Assembly (NCBI GenBank): GCA_964507625.1
Contig: CAZDPR010000005.1
Location: forward strand, 1 to 48,869
Reading direction: 5' to 3'
DNA: 48,869 bases
Source: an uncultured Candidatus Saccharibacteria bacterium
GTDB lineage: Bacteria > Patescibacteriota > Minisyncoccia > Phycocordibacterales > UBA1006
This document shows, in pieces, positions 20,387 through 28,774 of the stretch (position 1 is its first letter; every line of letters begins with the position of its first letter). A program made the position numbers and the translations under genes. A model generated the notes under the pieces. It was not told the origin of the DNA. It saw only the letters and a program-made list of their open reading frames with translations, and searched no databases.

Positions 20387-21052
20387 TTAGTTTTTCATTG
20401 CTTCTGCGAGTTGTTTGAGCAAGAAGTCAACACTTTTACGATTATTATCATTTGCAACAATCGGATGAGTGATTTTTCGAATATCGTTGTCAGTATTTAC
20501 GATTCCAACAATAGGGATATTCATCATAGATGCTTCCATTACTGCGTTTTCTTCTGCGCGCGCATCGATAACAATGAGTGCAGCAGGAGTTCCTTTCAGT
20601 GATGAAAGTCCTCCGAACCGTCGATCCAATTTATCAATTTTTCGTTCGATGAGTAATTTTTCTTTTTTGGTTTGGTATGAAAGCGTATTATTTTCTCGTT
20701 TTCCACCAAGATCAGCAAGAATGTCTACTCGAGATCGAATTTGTTTCCAGTTGGTGAGAGTTCCTCCGATCCATCGTTCATCAACGTATGGCATCCCGAG
20801 TGATTCTGCCGTGGTTTTTACCAAATCACGAATTTCTGGTTTTGTGCCAACGAAAATAACTTGTCGCCCAGAACCAGTGATTGCTTTGAGGAGTTCCTCT
20901 GCCTTGAGAAGGTTTGCCTCGGTTTTTTCGAGGTCAATAATATCAGTTCGGTTTTTTGATCCAAAAAGATACGGTTTTGTGGTTGGGTGGCGTCGAGAAC
21001 GAGTATATCCGTAATGAGCACCAACTCCAAACATGTCTTGAATTCGAGACAT
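20387..21052 (-). CDS. rpsB: 30S ribosomal protein S2
   Basis: MSRIQDMFGVGAHYGYTRSRRHP fits the S2 N-terminus. The 35-aa upstream extension in the ORF track has no S2 counterpart. Confidence 0.93.
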   Translation of the reverse strand: MSRIQDMFGVGAHYGYTRSRRHPTTKPYLFGSKNRTDIIDLEKTEANLLKAEELLKAITGSGRQVIFVGTKPEIRDLVKTTAESLGMPYVDERWIGGTLTNWKQIRSRVDILADLGGKRENNTLSYQTKKEKLLIERKIDKLDRRFGGLSSLKGTPAALIVIDARAEENAVMEASMMNIPIVGIVNTDNDIRKITHPIVANDNNRKSVDFLLKQLAEAMKN

Positions 21053-21212
21053 AATAAATGAAGTATACACATTATGCACAAGAAACTGGGTTAGTAATAA
21101 AAGTTTCTCGTTGCTATCAGTGACTGCTGATAGGGAATGTCTTGAAACGGGGTTCAAGTTGGGAAAAACTCAAGGAATTTCCACATCATTCCAAACACAA
21201 TGTAACGAACAA
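21053..21212 (-). promoter_or_regulatory. Structured 5' leader of rpsB-tsf (candidate S2 autoregulatory element)
   Basis: Nested or consecutive hairpins: ggaatg(21133-38)/cattcc(21186-91), cttgaa/ttcaag (21141-58), ctatcag/ctgatag (21114-33) and agaaact/agtttct (21081-21108). Confidence 0.35.
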
Positions 21213-21240
21213 AATATAGCATATTTTTCCAGAAAAGCAA
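21213..21240 (-). promoter_or_regulatory. rpsB promoter (TTGCTT-N13-TGcTATATT)
   Basis: Read on the minus strand: -35 at 21240-21235 and extended -10 ending at 21213. Confidence 0.45.
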
Positions 21241-21286
21241 GTGTTTTATTTTGCAAAAAAACCGTTTTCAGAGTAGTATAGAAAGT

Positions 21287-22528
21287 ATGAAACAGTCACA
21301 ATTATTTACCAAAACTCGTAAAGAAGCTCCAGCCGATGAAGTTGCAAAAAATGCACAATTATTAATCCGTGCAGGGTTTATTCACAAGGAGATGGCAGGG
21401 GTGTATTCGTTGTTACCGCTCGGGATGCGGGTTTTGGAAAAAATTGTCGCTATTGTAAAAAATGAAATGAATGCAATTGGGGGAATGCAAATGAAAACAT
21501 CCGTATTGCAAAGTAAAGAAGTCTGGGAAAAAACAAATCGGTGGGATGATCAGGTAGTAGATAACTGGTTTAAAACAGAATTAAAAAATGGAACACAGGT
21601 AGGGCTTTCTTTTACAAACGAAGAAGCGTATTCAAATATTGTAAAAAACTTTGTACATTCATATCGTGACCTACCTCTGTATCCTTATGATTTTAAAACA
21701 ATATTCCGGAATGAGTTACGCAGTAAATCAGGAATTATGCGCGGGAGGGAGTTTTATTGGAAAGCACTCTATTCTTTTTCAAAAGATCAAACAGAACACG
21801 ATTTGTTTTATGAAAAAGTAAAACAGGCATATAAAAATGTTTTTGATCGGGTAGGGCTAGGGAAAATGACCTATGTAACATTTGCATCAGGTGGAACATT
21901 TTCAAAATATTCGCATGAATTTCAAACCATTTCTGATGCAGGAGAAGATATTATTTATATTGATGATACAAAAGGAATTGCAGTGAACAAAGAAGTGTTG
22001 AATGACGAAGTGATCGCAGAACTAGGTATTGATCGGAATATATTACGAGAAGAAAAATCAATTGAGGTAGGAAATATTTTTTCACTCGGGTTTAAATTTT
22101 CTGAACCATTTGCATTAACCTATAAAAATAGTGATGGTGTTGAAATTCCGGTATTTATGGGTTCATATGGAATTGGTATTACGCGACTCATGGGTACTAT
22201 TGTAGAGGTATTGTCTGACGAACAGGGAATTGTTTGGCCGGAATCTGTTGCGCCGTTTGCTGTGCATATGATTCAAATTGGGAATATCGATGAACAGGCT
22301 AAAAGTTTATATGAAAAATTAACACTACAGGGGATTGAAGTATTGTGGGATGATCGTGATATTTCTGCAGGAGTAAAATTTGCTGATGCGGATTTGATCG
22401 GAATTCCACATCGGGTAGTGATTTCTGAAAAATCTCTTGAAAAAGGTGGATTGGAATACAAAAAACGAAACGAGTCAGAATCAAAAATAGTTACCGAAAA
22501 TGAATTGTTTGAGATTTTGAAAAAATAA
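21287..22528 (+). CDS. proS: Prolyl-tRNA synthetase, short form without the INS editing domain
   Basis: MKQSQLFTKTRKEAPADEVAKNAQLLIRAGFI start, class II motif 2 FRNELRSKSGIMRGREF and motif 3 GSYGIGITR. About 413 aa. TTGCAA-N17-TAGTAT ends 7 nt before the ATG. Confidence 0.9.
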   Translation: MKQSQLFTKTRKEAPADEVAKNAQLLIRAGFIHKEMAGVYSLLPLGMRVLEKIVAIVKNEMNAIGGMQMKTSVLQSKEVWEKTNRWDDQVVDNWFKTELKNGTQVGLSFTNEEAYSNIVKNFVHSYRDLPLYPYDFKTIFRNELRSKSGIMRGREFYWKALYSFSKDQTEHDLFYEKVKQAYKNVFDRVGLGKMTYVTFASGGTFSKYSHEFQTISDAGEDIIYIDDTKGIAVNKEVLNDEVIAELGIDRNILREEKSIEVGNIFSLGFKFSEPFALTYKNSDGVEIPVFMGSYGIGITRLMGTIVEVLSDEQGIVWPESVAPFAVHMIQIGNIDEQAKSLYEKLTLQGIEVLWDDRDISAGVKFADADLIGIPHRVVISEKSLEKGGLEYKKRNESESKIVTENELFEILKK

Positions 22529-22560
22529 AAAAAGCGAATGCATTGCAATCGCTTTTTGTT
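22529..22560. terminator. Bidirectional terminator (proS and the 22574..22900 gene)
   Basis: aaaaaaagcga-loop-tcgcttttt. Confidence 0.65.
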
Positions 22561-22573
22561 TCGGAATATTTTT

Positions 22574-22900
22574 TTATTCTGTTTTGGCGACTTGTTTTAC
22601 CATATGGGTTCCGCCATTACAAAATTTACTCACCCATACTATTTGTCCAACAGGGGTAATTTTTTCTGCTGGGCAAATAGCTGAAACAATTTCACCTGTT
22701 TCTGCTAATCTCACCCGGACAACAGTATCTCCAGCAAAGAGCGTTTCTAGCATCTTTTCTTCGTCTGGGTTCATCATTGTTTTTAGTGGGTATTCAACTA
22801 CCATTCCCACTTTTTTTGATACTTCTGATGTATAAGAAAAAAACAGGAATACTGCAAGACCGATCCATAGAATGGTCATAATTTTTACAAGATTTTTCAT
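22574..22900 (-). CDS. Hypothetical membrane-anchored protein (108 aa)
   Basis: N-terminal TM helix. No motif recognised. Confidence 0.5.
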   Translation of the reverse strand: MKNLVKIMTILWIGLAVFLFFSYTSEVSKKVGMVVEYPLKTMMNPDEEKMLETLFAGDTVVRVRLAETGEIVSAICPAEKITPVGQIVWVSKFCNGGTHMVKQVAKTE

Positions 22901-22989
22901 TTTGTTTATTTTTATCTATTTACCATTTTTATATTAATTTGTCAACAACTTTCAGAAACAAACGGGTCGTGCTATAGTGCACATAGCTT

Positions 22990-24042
22990 ATGTTTAAAGA
23001 TTTTTACAACAAATTTTCTAATGATATTGGAATTGACTTGGGAACGGCAAATACGCTGGTATATTTACGCGGAAAAGGAATTATTGTGAACGAACCATCA
23101 ATTGTAGCATTGAATACCAAAACTGGACGGATTGTGGCAGTGGGTGCAGAAGCAAAACAAATGTTAGGAAGAACCCCGACTCATATCAAGGCAATTCATC
23201 CAGTAGTAGACGGAGTAATTGCTGATTTTGAAGTAACCGAAGAAATGTTGGCATACCTCATTGGTAAAGCAGAAAAATTATCTCCTAAAACATTCCGTCC
23301 TCGGGTAGTGGTAGGGGTACCATCAGGAATTACTTCGGTAGAACATAAAGCAGTGTATGATGCAGCAATTTCTGCAGGTGCTCGTGAAGTATACATTATC
23401 GAAGAACCAATGGCAGGGGCGATCGGTATCGGATTACCTGTATTAGAACCAGCAGGTCATATGGTGGTTGATATTGGGGGAGGTACTACTGATATTGCAG
23501 TAATGTCGTTAGGTGGAATTGTGCAATCACGCAGTATTAAATTAGCAGGAGATAAAATGAATCAAGATGTTATTGATTATTTGCGTGATGAATATAAAAT
23601 TTTAGTCGGAGAAAAAACCGCAGAAGAAATTAAAATTGCAGTTTCATCGGTGAGCCTTCGTTCAGAAGATCTCGAAGTAACAGTGCGTGGACGCGATCTT
23701 ATTTCAGGATTACCAAGAGAAATTATTGTTACCGATCGTGATATTTATGAAGCAATCCATAGTTCCGTACAGGTGTTATTGGATGGTATTCGTGAAGTAC
23801 TCGAAACAACCCCACCCGAAGTTGTATCTGATGTAATTAATAATGGGATTTATCTAACAGGGGGTGGTGCGCTCATTCGTGGTATTGATACTATTATTGC
23901 AGACATGTTTAAAGTTCGTGTACATATTCCCAGTGAACCACTTTCAGCGGTAGCGCGGGGATGTGGTATTGTTCTTGAAAATCTTGTAAAATATGAACCA
24001 GTACTTGTAAAAGAAGATTATGTACCAATACAGCGGACATAG
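22990..24042 (+). CDS. mreB: Rod-shape-determining actin homologue MreB
   Basis: IGIDLGTANTLVY, DIGGGTTD and LTGGGALIRG motifs. Extended -10 TGcTATAGT at 22970-22978. Confidence 0.95.
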   Translation: MFKDFYNKFSNDIGIDLGTANTLVYLRGKGIIVNEPSIVALNTKTGRIVAVGAEAKQMLGRTPTHIKAIHPVVDGVIADFEVTEEMLAYLIGKAEKLSPKTFRPRVVVGVPSGITSVEHKAVYDAAISAGAREVYIIEEPMAGAIGIGLPVLEPAGHMVVDIGGGTTDIAVMSLGGIVQSRSIKLAGDKMNQDVIDYLRDEYKILVGEKTAEEIKIAVSSVSLRSEDLEVTVRGRDLISGLPREIIVTDRDIYEAIHSSVQVLLDGIREVLETTPPEVVSDVINNGIYLTGGGALIRGIDTIIADMFKVRVHIPSEPLSAVARGCGIVLENLVKYEPVLVKEDYVPIQRT

Positions 24043-24790
24043 AAAAAAAGCAAATACAACCCAATATGTCATTATTGGTTTTTTGTTGTTATTAGGTGTA
24101 GTTATTTTTTTAGTTAATCGTATTTTTTTTATGCGTATTGGGAGTGCGATTATTGAAACTGGGGAAAATATATTATCACTCTCAGTCACCACCGCAACAC
24201 CAAAAACAGTACTCATTGCTCGACAAAACGCGTTGGTTGAAAAAATTACACAGTTAGAAGAGCGTCTACTCACGGTTCAATTATTAGAAGATGAAAATCA
24301 GTCACTTCGTCAATTACTCTCATATACTCAAAATCAGCCAACTATTCAGGTTGTTGCTCGTGTTATTGCAAAGCCTTCCCAAAATCTCTACGATCGTATT
24401 ATTATTGACCGTGGTGCAAACGATCAAATTCCAGAAGGTGCTATTGTTATTACTGGTGAAAATATTCTTTTAGCACAAATTGATCGTGTTAATCCAAAAA
24501 GTTCAGAAGGATTATTGTTTTCAGGAAGCTTTTTTTCTGGAGATGTGATTATTACGCGATTAGGTATTACAGTGCCAGTAAAAGGGAAAGGGAGCGGAAA
24601 TTTTGAATTATATGTTCCCAGAGAAATCGAAGTACGCGACGGGGATATTCTCACTTTACCTGGATATCCTCAATATATTATCGGGGTAATAAAATCAGTA
24701 CAGTTCGATGATCGTGATCCATATCAGACGGTATTGGCACGAACTCCGGTAAATGTGCAGGAATTAAAATTTGTAAGAGTGATTAAATAG
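24020..24790 (+). CDS. mreC: Rod-shape-determining protein MreC
   Basis: TM helix, coiled coil (LLEDENQSLRQLL) and a beta-barrel region. Overlaps the mreB end by 23 nt. Confidence 0.85.
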   Translation: MYQYSGHRKKANTTQYVIIGFLLLLGVVIFLVNRIFFMRIGSAIIETGENILSLSVTTATPKTVLIARQNALVEKITQLEERLLTVQLLEDENQSLRQLLSYTQNQPTIQVVARVIAKPSQNLYDRIIIDRGANDQIPEGAIVITGENILLAQIDRVNPKSSEGLLFSGSFFSGDVIITRLGITVPVKGKGSGNFELYVPREIEVRDGDILTLPGYPQYIIGVIKSVQFDDRDPYQTVLARTPVNVQELKFVRVIK

Positions 24791-24824
24791 CCACCTAATA
24801 AAAGGGTGGTTTTATGGTATAGTA
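24791..24824 (+). repeat. Terminator plus extended -10 cassette, copy 1
   Basis: ccacctaataaaagggtggttttatggtatagta: hairpin ccacct/gggtgg, a T-run, then TGgTATAGT 6 nt before the ATG at 24830. Confidence 0.7.
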
Positions 24825-24829
24825 GATAC

Positions 24830-25540
24830 ATGAAAACAAAAATAATAATTGCCCTTGGTATAATAATTATCGGTATTGGTACATGGATTGTTCTATCAAA
24901 AAACACATCTGGAACTATTCCAGCAAATCCTGAAGAGTTGGTAATTAGTGATCCGAATGAAACACCGCAACCAATTCCATCAAAACCGGTAGATAATAAC
25001 CAGTCAATAAAAACACGCGTTCCCAGTAACTATGTGTGTGTTGGTGAATATTGTGATGGGAGTATGGACAGTGATGATTACAAAGAAAAATACACTGTGT
25101 TACAAATACCATTAATAACTGATGGTGGAAATTTAGGATGTGGTGCGAAACTCTTTTACGCTCCTCATGCAGTATCAAAAACAACCGCAGTACTGGATGC
25201 AACCTATCGGTTGCTGTTTGATCTGAAACCTACTCCAGAAATTCCTGCAGATGGGTTTAGGAATGTTGTGGGTGCATATACGCAACTATTCTATGATCGT
25301 GTAATATTACAAAATGGCGTTGCGCAATTATATTTAACCGGAACCATGTATGGTCCAGGACATTGTGCAGAACCAGAATTACGTGCACAAATTGACCAGG
25401 CGGCACTCCAATTTCCAACCGTGCAAAAATTAGAAGTATACCTCAACGGAAAAATCTTTGACTGGTGTACCATGGATATGTCAGACGGCGAAGGTCCATG
25501 TCCAGAAAAACCACAGTTGTGGATTACTCAGAAACAATAA
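24830..25540 (+). CDS. Membrane-anchored GerMN-like domain protein
   Basis: TM helix MKTKIIIALGIIIIGIGTWIVL. The C-terminal region (...VAQLYLTG...QIDQAALQFPTVQKLEVYLNGK) resembles GerMN domains. Confidence 0.5.
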   Translation: MKTKIIIALGIIIIGIGTWIVLSKNTSGTIPANPEELVISDPNETPQPIPSKPVDNNQSIKTRVPSNYVCVGEYCDGSMDSDDYKEKYTVLQIPLITDGGNLGCGAKLFYAPHAVSKTTAVLDATYRLLFDLKPTPEIPADGFRNVVGAYTQLFYDRVILQNGVAQLYLTGTMYGPGHCAEPELRAQIDQAALQFPTVQKLEVYLNGKIFDWCTMDMSDGEGPCPEKPQLWITQKQ

Positions 25541-25552
25541 CACACTATAAAA

Positions 25553-25586
25553 CCACCTGACAAAAGGGTGGTTTTGTGGTATCGTA
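25553..25586 (+). repeat. Terminator plus extended -10 cassette, copy 2 (30 of 34 nt identical to copy 1)
   Basis: ccacctgacaaaagggtggttttgtggtatcgta. The geometry matches copy 1, with the -10 TATCGT 6 nt before the GTG at 25592. Confidence 0.7.
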
Positions 25587-25591
25587 AAATT

Positions 25592-28294
25592 GTGATTAGT
25601 CTTAATGAAATTCGAAATAGAGCACTCGCTTTTTCAAAAGAATGGGAACGAGAAATAAGTGAAGACGCAGAAGCAAAAAGTTTTTGGGATGGGTTTTTTG
25701 ATGTTTTCGGACTTTCTCGTCGTCGAGTTGCTTCGTTTGAATATCAGGTTAAAAAACAGGACGGCGGTCAAGGTTTTATTGATGTTCTTTGGAAAGGTGT
25801 TATGCTTGCTGAACATAAATCAAAAGGAAAAAATCTTGATAAGGCATTTACTCAAGCAAAAGATTATTTTCCAGGCCTTAAAGATTCTGAACTTCCTCGC
25901 TATATTGTCGTGTCTGATTTTGAAAAGATTCGTCTCTATGATTTAGAAAAGGAGACAGAACATGAATTTATCTTAAAAGATCTTTCAAAAAATATTCACC
26001 TTTTTGATTTTATTTCTGGACATATCTCAGAAATGGACTACGGACAAGAAGAAGAGGTAAGTATCAAAGGTGCAAAATTGATGGCAGATTTCCACAACGA
26101 AATAGCCAAGACTGGTTATTCCGGGCACGAACTAGAAGTCTTCCTCATTCGTGTACTTTTTTGTTTGTTTGCAGATGATACAGATATTTTTGAAAAAGGA
26201 CTTTTTCGAAATTACATGGAAAACAGAATAAACAAAGATGGTTCTGATCTCGGTCTTCATCTTGGGCAGATTTTTTATATTTTAAACACTCCACAAGAAA
26301 AAAGACAAACAACCACAGATGAACAACTTATGAAATTCCCATATATAAATGGAGGAATTTTCGCTGAAAATTTATCACCAGTTTCTCTCGATGCTACAGC
26401 ATACCTTAAACTTATTAAGTGTTGTGAATTTGATTGGTCTGGAATTTCTGCTTCTATTTTTGGTTCGCTTTTTCAGGGCGTAATGGATGAAAAATCTCGA
26501 CGACAACTTGGAGCTCACTATACTTCCGAATTAAATATTTTAAAAGTAATTCACCCGCTTTTCTTGGATGAATTGTATATTGAATTTGATAAAGCAAAAC
26601 ATGATAAGAAAAAACTTGAGAAATTTCATGAACATTTGACCACGCTTACATTCCTCGACCCAGCTTGTGGGTGTGGGAATTTCCTTGTGACATCATATCG
26701 AGAACTTCGTCGACTTGAACTTGAAGTTTTGAAAAAGCTTCGCAAAGACCAGAAAATGGTTCTCTTTGGTGCGGAAGATATTTCAAAAATACAGGTAAAC
26801 CAATTTTATGGAATAGAAATAGAAGAATTCCCAGCGCTCGTAGCGCGTACCGCGATGTATTTAGTGGATCATCAAATGAATATGGAGCTTTCAGAAACAT
26901 TCGGGCAGGCGTACGCTCGTATTCCGCTTCGTGAACCTGCAACTATCGTGCACGCAGATGCGCTTGCGATAGATTGGGAAGAAGTAATTCCAAAAGATAA
27001 GCTTTCGTATATTCTTGGAAATCCGCCTTTTGTTGGTGCGAGAATAATGAGTAAAGGACAAAAAGAAAGTTTTCTAAAGGTGTTTGAAAATGCAAAAGGG
27101 GCAGGGAATCTTGATTTTGTGACTGCGTGGTATGAAAAAGCTGCAAAATATACAAAAGATACAAAAATCAAAACCGCTTTTGTTTCTACAAACAGTATTT
27201 GCCAAGGTGAACAAGTGGGAATTCTTTGGAAACGACTCAAAGAAAAATACAGTGTAGTGATTCATTTTACACATCAGACTTTTAAATGGAACAACGATGC
27301 ACCTGGAGTTGCGGCGGTGTATTGTGTCATTGTAGGATTTGCGACTTTTGATACTCCAAAGAAATATATTTTTGAATACGAAACAATAAAAAGCGAACCA
27401 AAGGAAAGAGAGGTAGAAAATATCAATGCATATCTAGTCGCCGGTGAAGATGTTTTTATTGAAAATAAATCTAAACCAATTTGTGATATTCCCTCGATAA
27501 ATTATGGTAGTTTTGCTTTAGATGACGGTAAATTTACCTTATCGAGAGAAGAAAAATTTGAATTATTAAAAAAATATGAAGGTGTCGAAAAATATATAAG
27601 ACCTTTTATTGGAGGGCAAGAATTTTTGCATAATCAAGAAAGATATTGTCTGTGGCTAAAAGGTGCAAATCCAGCAGAAATTAAAGAATATCCAGAGATA
27701 ATAGAAAGAATTGAACATGTTAGAAAATGGAGGTCTCAAAGTTCTCGTAAAAATACGCAAGAGTTAGCAAAAACCCCAGCACTGTTTGCAGAAATTAGAC
27801 AACCCGAAGAAAGATATATTGCAATACCGACAGTTTCCTCCGAAAGAAGAAATTATATTCCTATTGGTTGGCTTAGACCTGAAGTTATTGCTTCAAATCA
27901 ATTATATATTGTTCCTAATACAACCCTATATCATTTTGGAGTTTTGCAGTCATTGATGCATACAACCTGGGTTGTTTTTGTTGGTGGTAAATTAGAATCT
28001 AGATATAGATATTCAAGTAAATTGATCTATAACAATTTTCCCTGGCCTGAAAATATAAGTGAAGAACATAAGAAAAAAGTGGAAGAAAAAGCCCAAGCTG
28101 TCTTTGATGCGAGAATGCTTTACCCACATAACTCACTTGCAGATTTATACGATCCAAACACTATGCCACCAGAGCTCGTAAAAGCACACGATGACCTCGA
28201 TAGGGCAGTAGATGCTTGTTATGGAAGAAAATTCACTTCAAAAGAAGACCGAATAGAATTTTTATTTGAGTTGTATAAAAAGTATGTAAAATAA
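25592..28294 (+). CDS. MmeI-family Type IIG/IIL restriction-modification enzyme (fused endonuclease, N6-adenine methyltransferase and TRD)
   Basis: N-terminus LNEIRNRALAFSKEWE...GFIDVLWKGVMLAEHKS (D-x9-E-x-K nuclease motif as in MmeI). SAM motif I DPACGCGNFL, motif IV ILGNPPFVG, and the C-terminal LADLYDPNTMPPELVKAHDDLDRAVD signature. The start is uncertain (GTG 25592 or GTG 25568). Confidence 0.9.
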   Translation: MISLNEIRNRALAFSKEWEREISEDAEAKSFWDGFFDVFGLSRRRVASFEYQVKKQDGGQGFIDVLWKGVMLAEHKSKGKNLDKAFTQAKDYFPGLKDSELPRYIVVSDFEKIRLYDLEKETEHEFILKDLSKNIHLFDFISGHISEMDYGQEEEVSIKGAKLMADFHNEIAKTGYSGHELEVFLIRVLFCLFADDTDIFEKGLFRNYMENRINKDGSDLGLHLGQIFYILNTPQEKRQTTTDEQLMKFPYINGGIFAENLSPVSLDATAYLKLIKCCEFDWSGISASIFGSLFQGVMDEKSRRQLGAHYTSELNILKVIHPLFLDELYIEFDKAKHDKKKLEKFHEHLTTLTFLDPACGCGNFLVTSYRELRRLELEVLKKLRKDQKMVLFGAEDISKIQVNQFYGIEIEEFPALVARTAMYLVDHQMNMELSETFGQAYARIPLREPATIVHADALAIDWEEVIPKDKLSYILGNPPFVGARIMSKGQKESFLKVFENAKGAGNLDFVTAWYEKAAKYTKDTKIKTAFVSTNSICQGEQVGILWKRLKEKYSVVIHFTHQTFKWNNDAPGVAAVYCVIVGFATFDTPKKYIFEYETIKSEPKEREVENINAYLVAGEDVFIENKSKPICDIPSINYGSFALDDGKFTLSREEKFELLKKYEGVEKYIRPFIGGQEFLHNQERYCLWLKGANPAEIKEYPEIIERIEHVRKWRSQSSRKNTQELAKTPALFAEIRQPEERYIAIPTVSSERRNYIPIGWLRPEVIASNQLYIVPNTTLYHFGVLQSLMHTTWVVFVGGKLESRYRYSSKLIYNNFPWPENISEEHKKKVEEKAQAVFDARMLYPHNSLADLYDPNTMPPELVKAHDDLDRAVDACYGRKFTSKEDRIEFLFELYKKYVK

Positions 28295-28318
28295 AAACCG
28301 CATCTGCGGTTTTTATTT
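28294..28318. terminator. Bidirectional terminator after the RM gene
   Basis: aaaaaccgc-atct-gcggttttta. Confidence 0.75.
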
Positions 28319-28433
28319 TGAGCGAGGAATACCTTTCTTACTTCGTCTCACGATTGTCATTCTGAAGGACTGTATTCTGGTTATCTCTACGGGTCGGAAT
28401 CTTAATAATCCGGTATAATTTGCTCAAGTGCCT

Positions 28434-28652
28434 CTATTTTTTATTTATATTATCAACTTTGGAATTATCAGTAGGTGCGATATCACGAAGATATTCCTTA
28501 CCATTAATTTTAACTATATTAACACCAGGTAATTTACCTTGTTTCTGTAGCCTTACGGCTTCTACTCTCCCAACTTTTCCATAGCCAACAATAAGATAAT
28601 TATCATTTCTACCATTGAGACCATCTCGTAATCCTTTTACTTTCTTATTCAT
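28434..28652 (-). CDS. Small DUF3892-like protein (72 aa)
   Basis: ...GRVEAVRLQKQGKLPGVNIVKINGKEYLRDIAPTDNSKVDN... resembles the DUF3892 pattern (G-x-eYLR-x-x-pD...dN). Confidence 0.5.
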   Translation of the reverse strand: MNKKVKGLRDGLNGRNDNYLIVGYGKVGRVEAVRLQKQGKLPGVNIVKINGKEYLRDIAPTDNSKVDNINKK

Positions 28653-28739
28653 TTTCGTGATTAATTATTTTTTATAAATTCTCCAATTTAGTGTATCGAC
28701 CCGGGTTAGGAGATATCCCCACATTAGTATTATATCATG

Positions 28740-28770
28740 TTGACAATGTAATTACAATGTATATACTATA
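28740..28770 (+). promoter_or_regulatory. dinJ-yafQ promoter with an embedded palindromic operator
   Basis: TTGACA (28740-45), N16, TATACT. A perfect 10-bp palindrome TGTAATTACA (28747-56) lies in the spacer. ACAATGTA is directly repeated. Confidence 0.55.
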
Positions 28771-28774
28771 TATT

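Noticed and set aside
21053-21157. 35-aa N-terminal extension of S2 in the ORF track. Similar upstream extensions appear on typA (34212), secG (47867), the MFS gene (43797), dinJ (28691), proS (21251) and smpB (1204).
   Set aside because: The family-typical N-termini begin at the internal ATGs. The extensions overlap promoters, terminators or structured leaders.
21158-21286. Possible T-box leader upstream of proS
   Set aside because: No T-box sequence (AGGGTGGNACCGCG-like) or specifier-loop architecture is present. A TTGCAA-N17-TAGTAT promoter sits 7 nt before the ATG, implying a leaderless mRNA.
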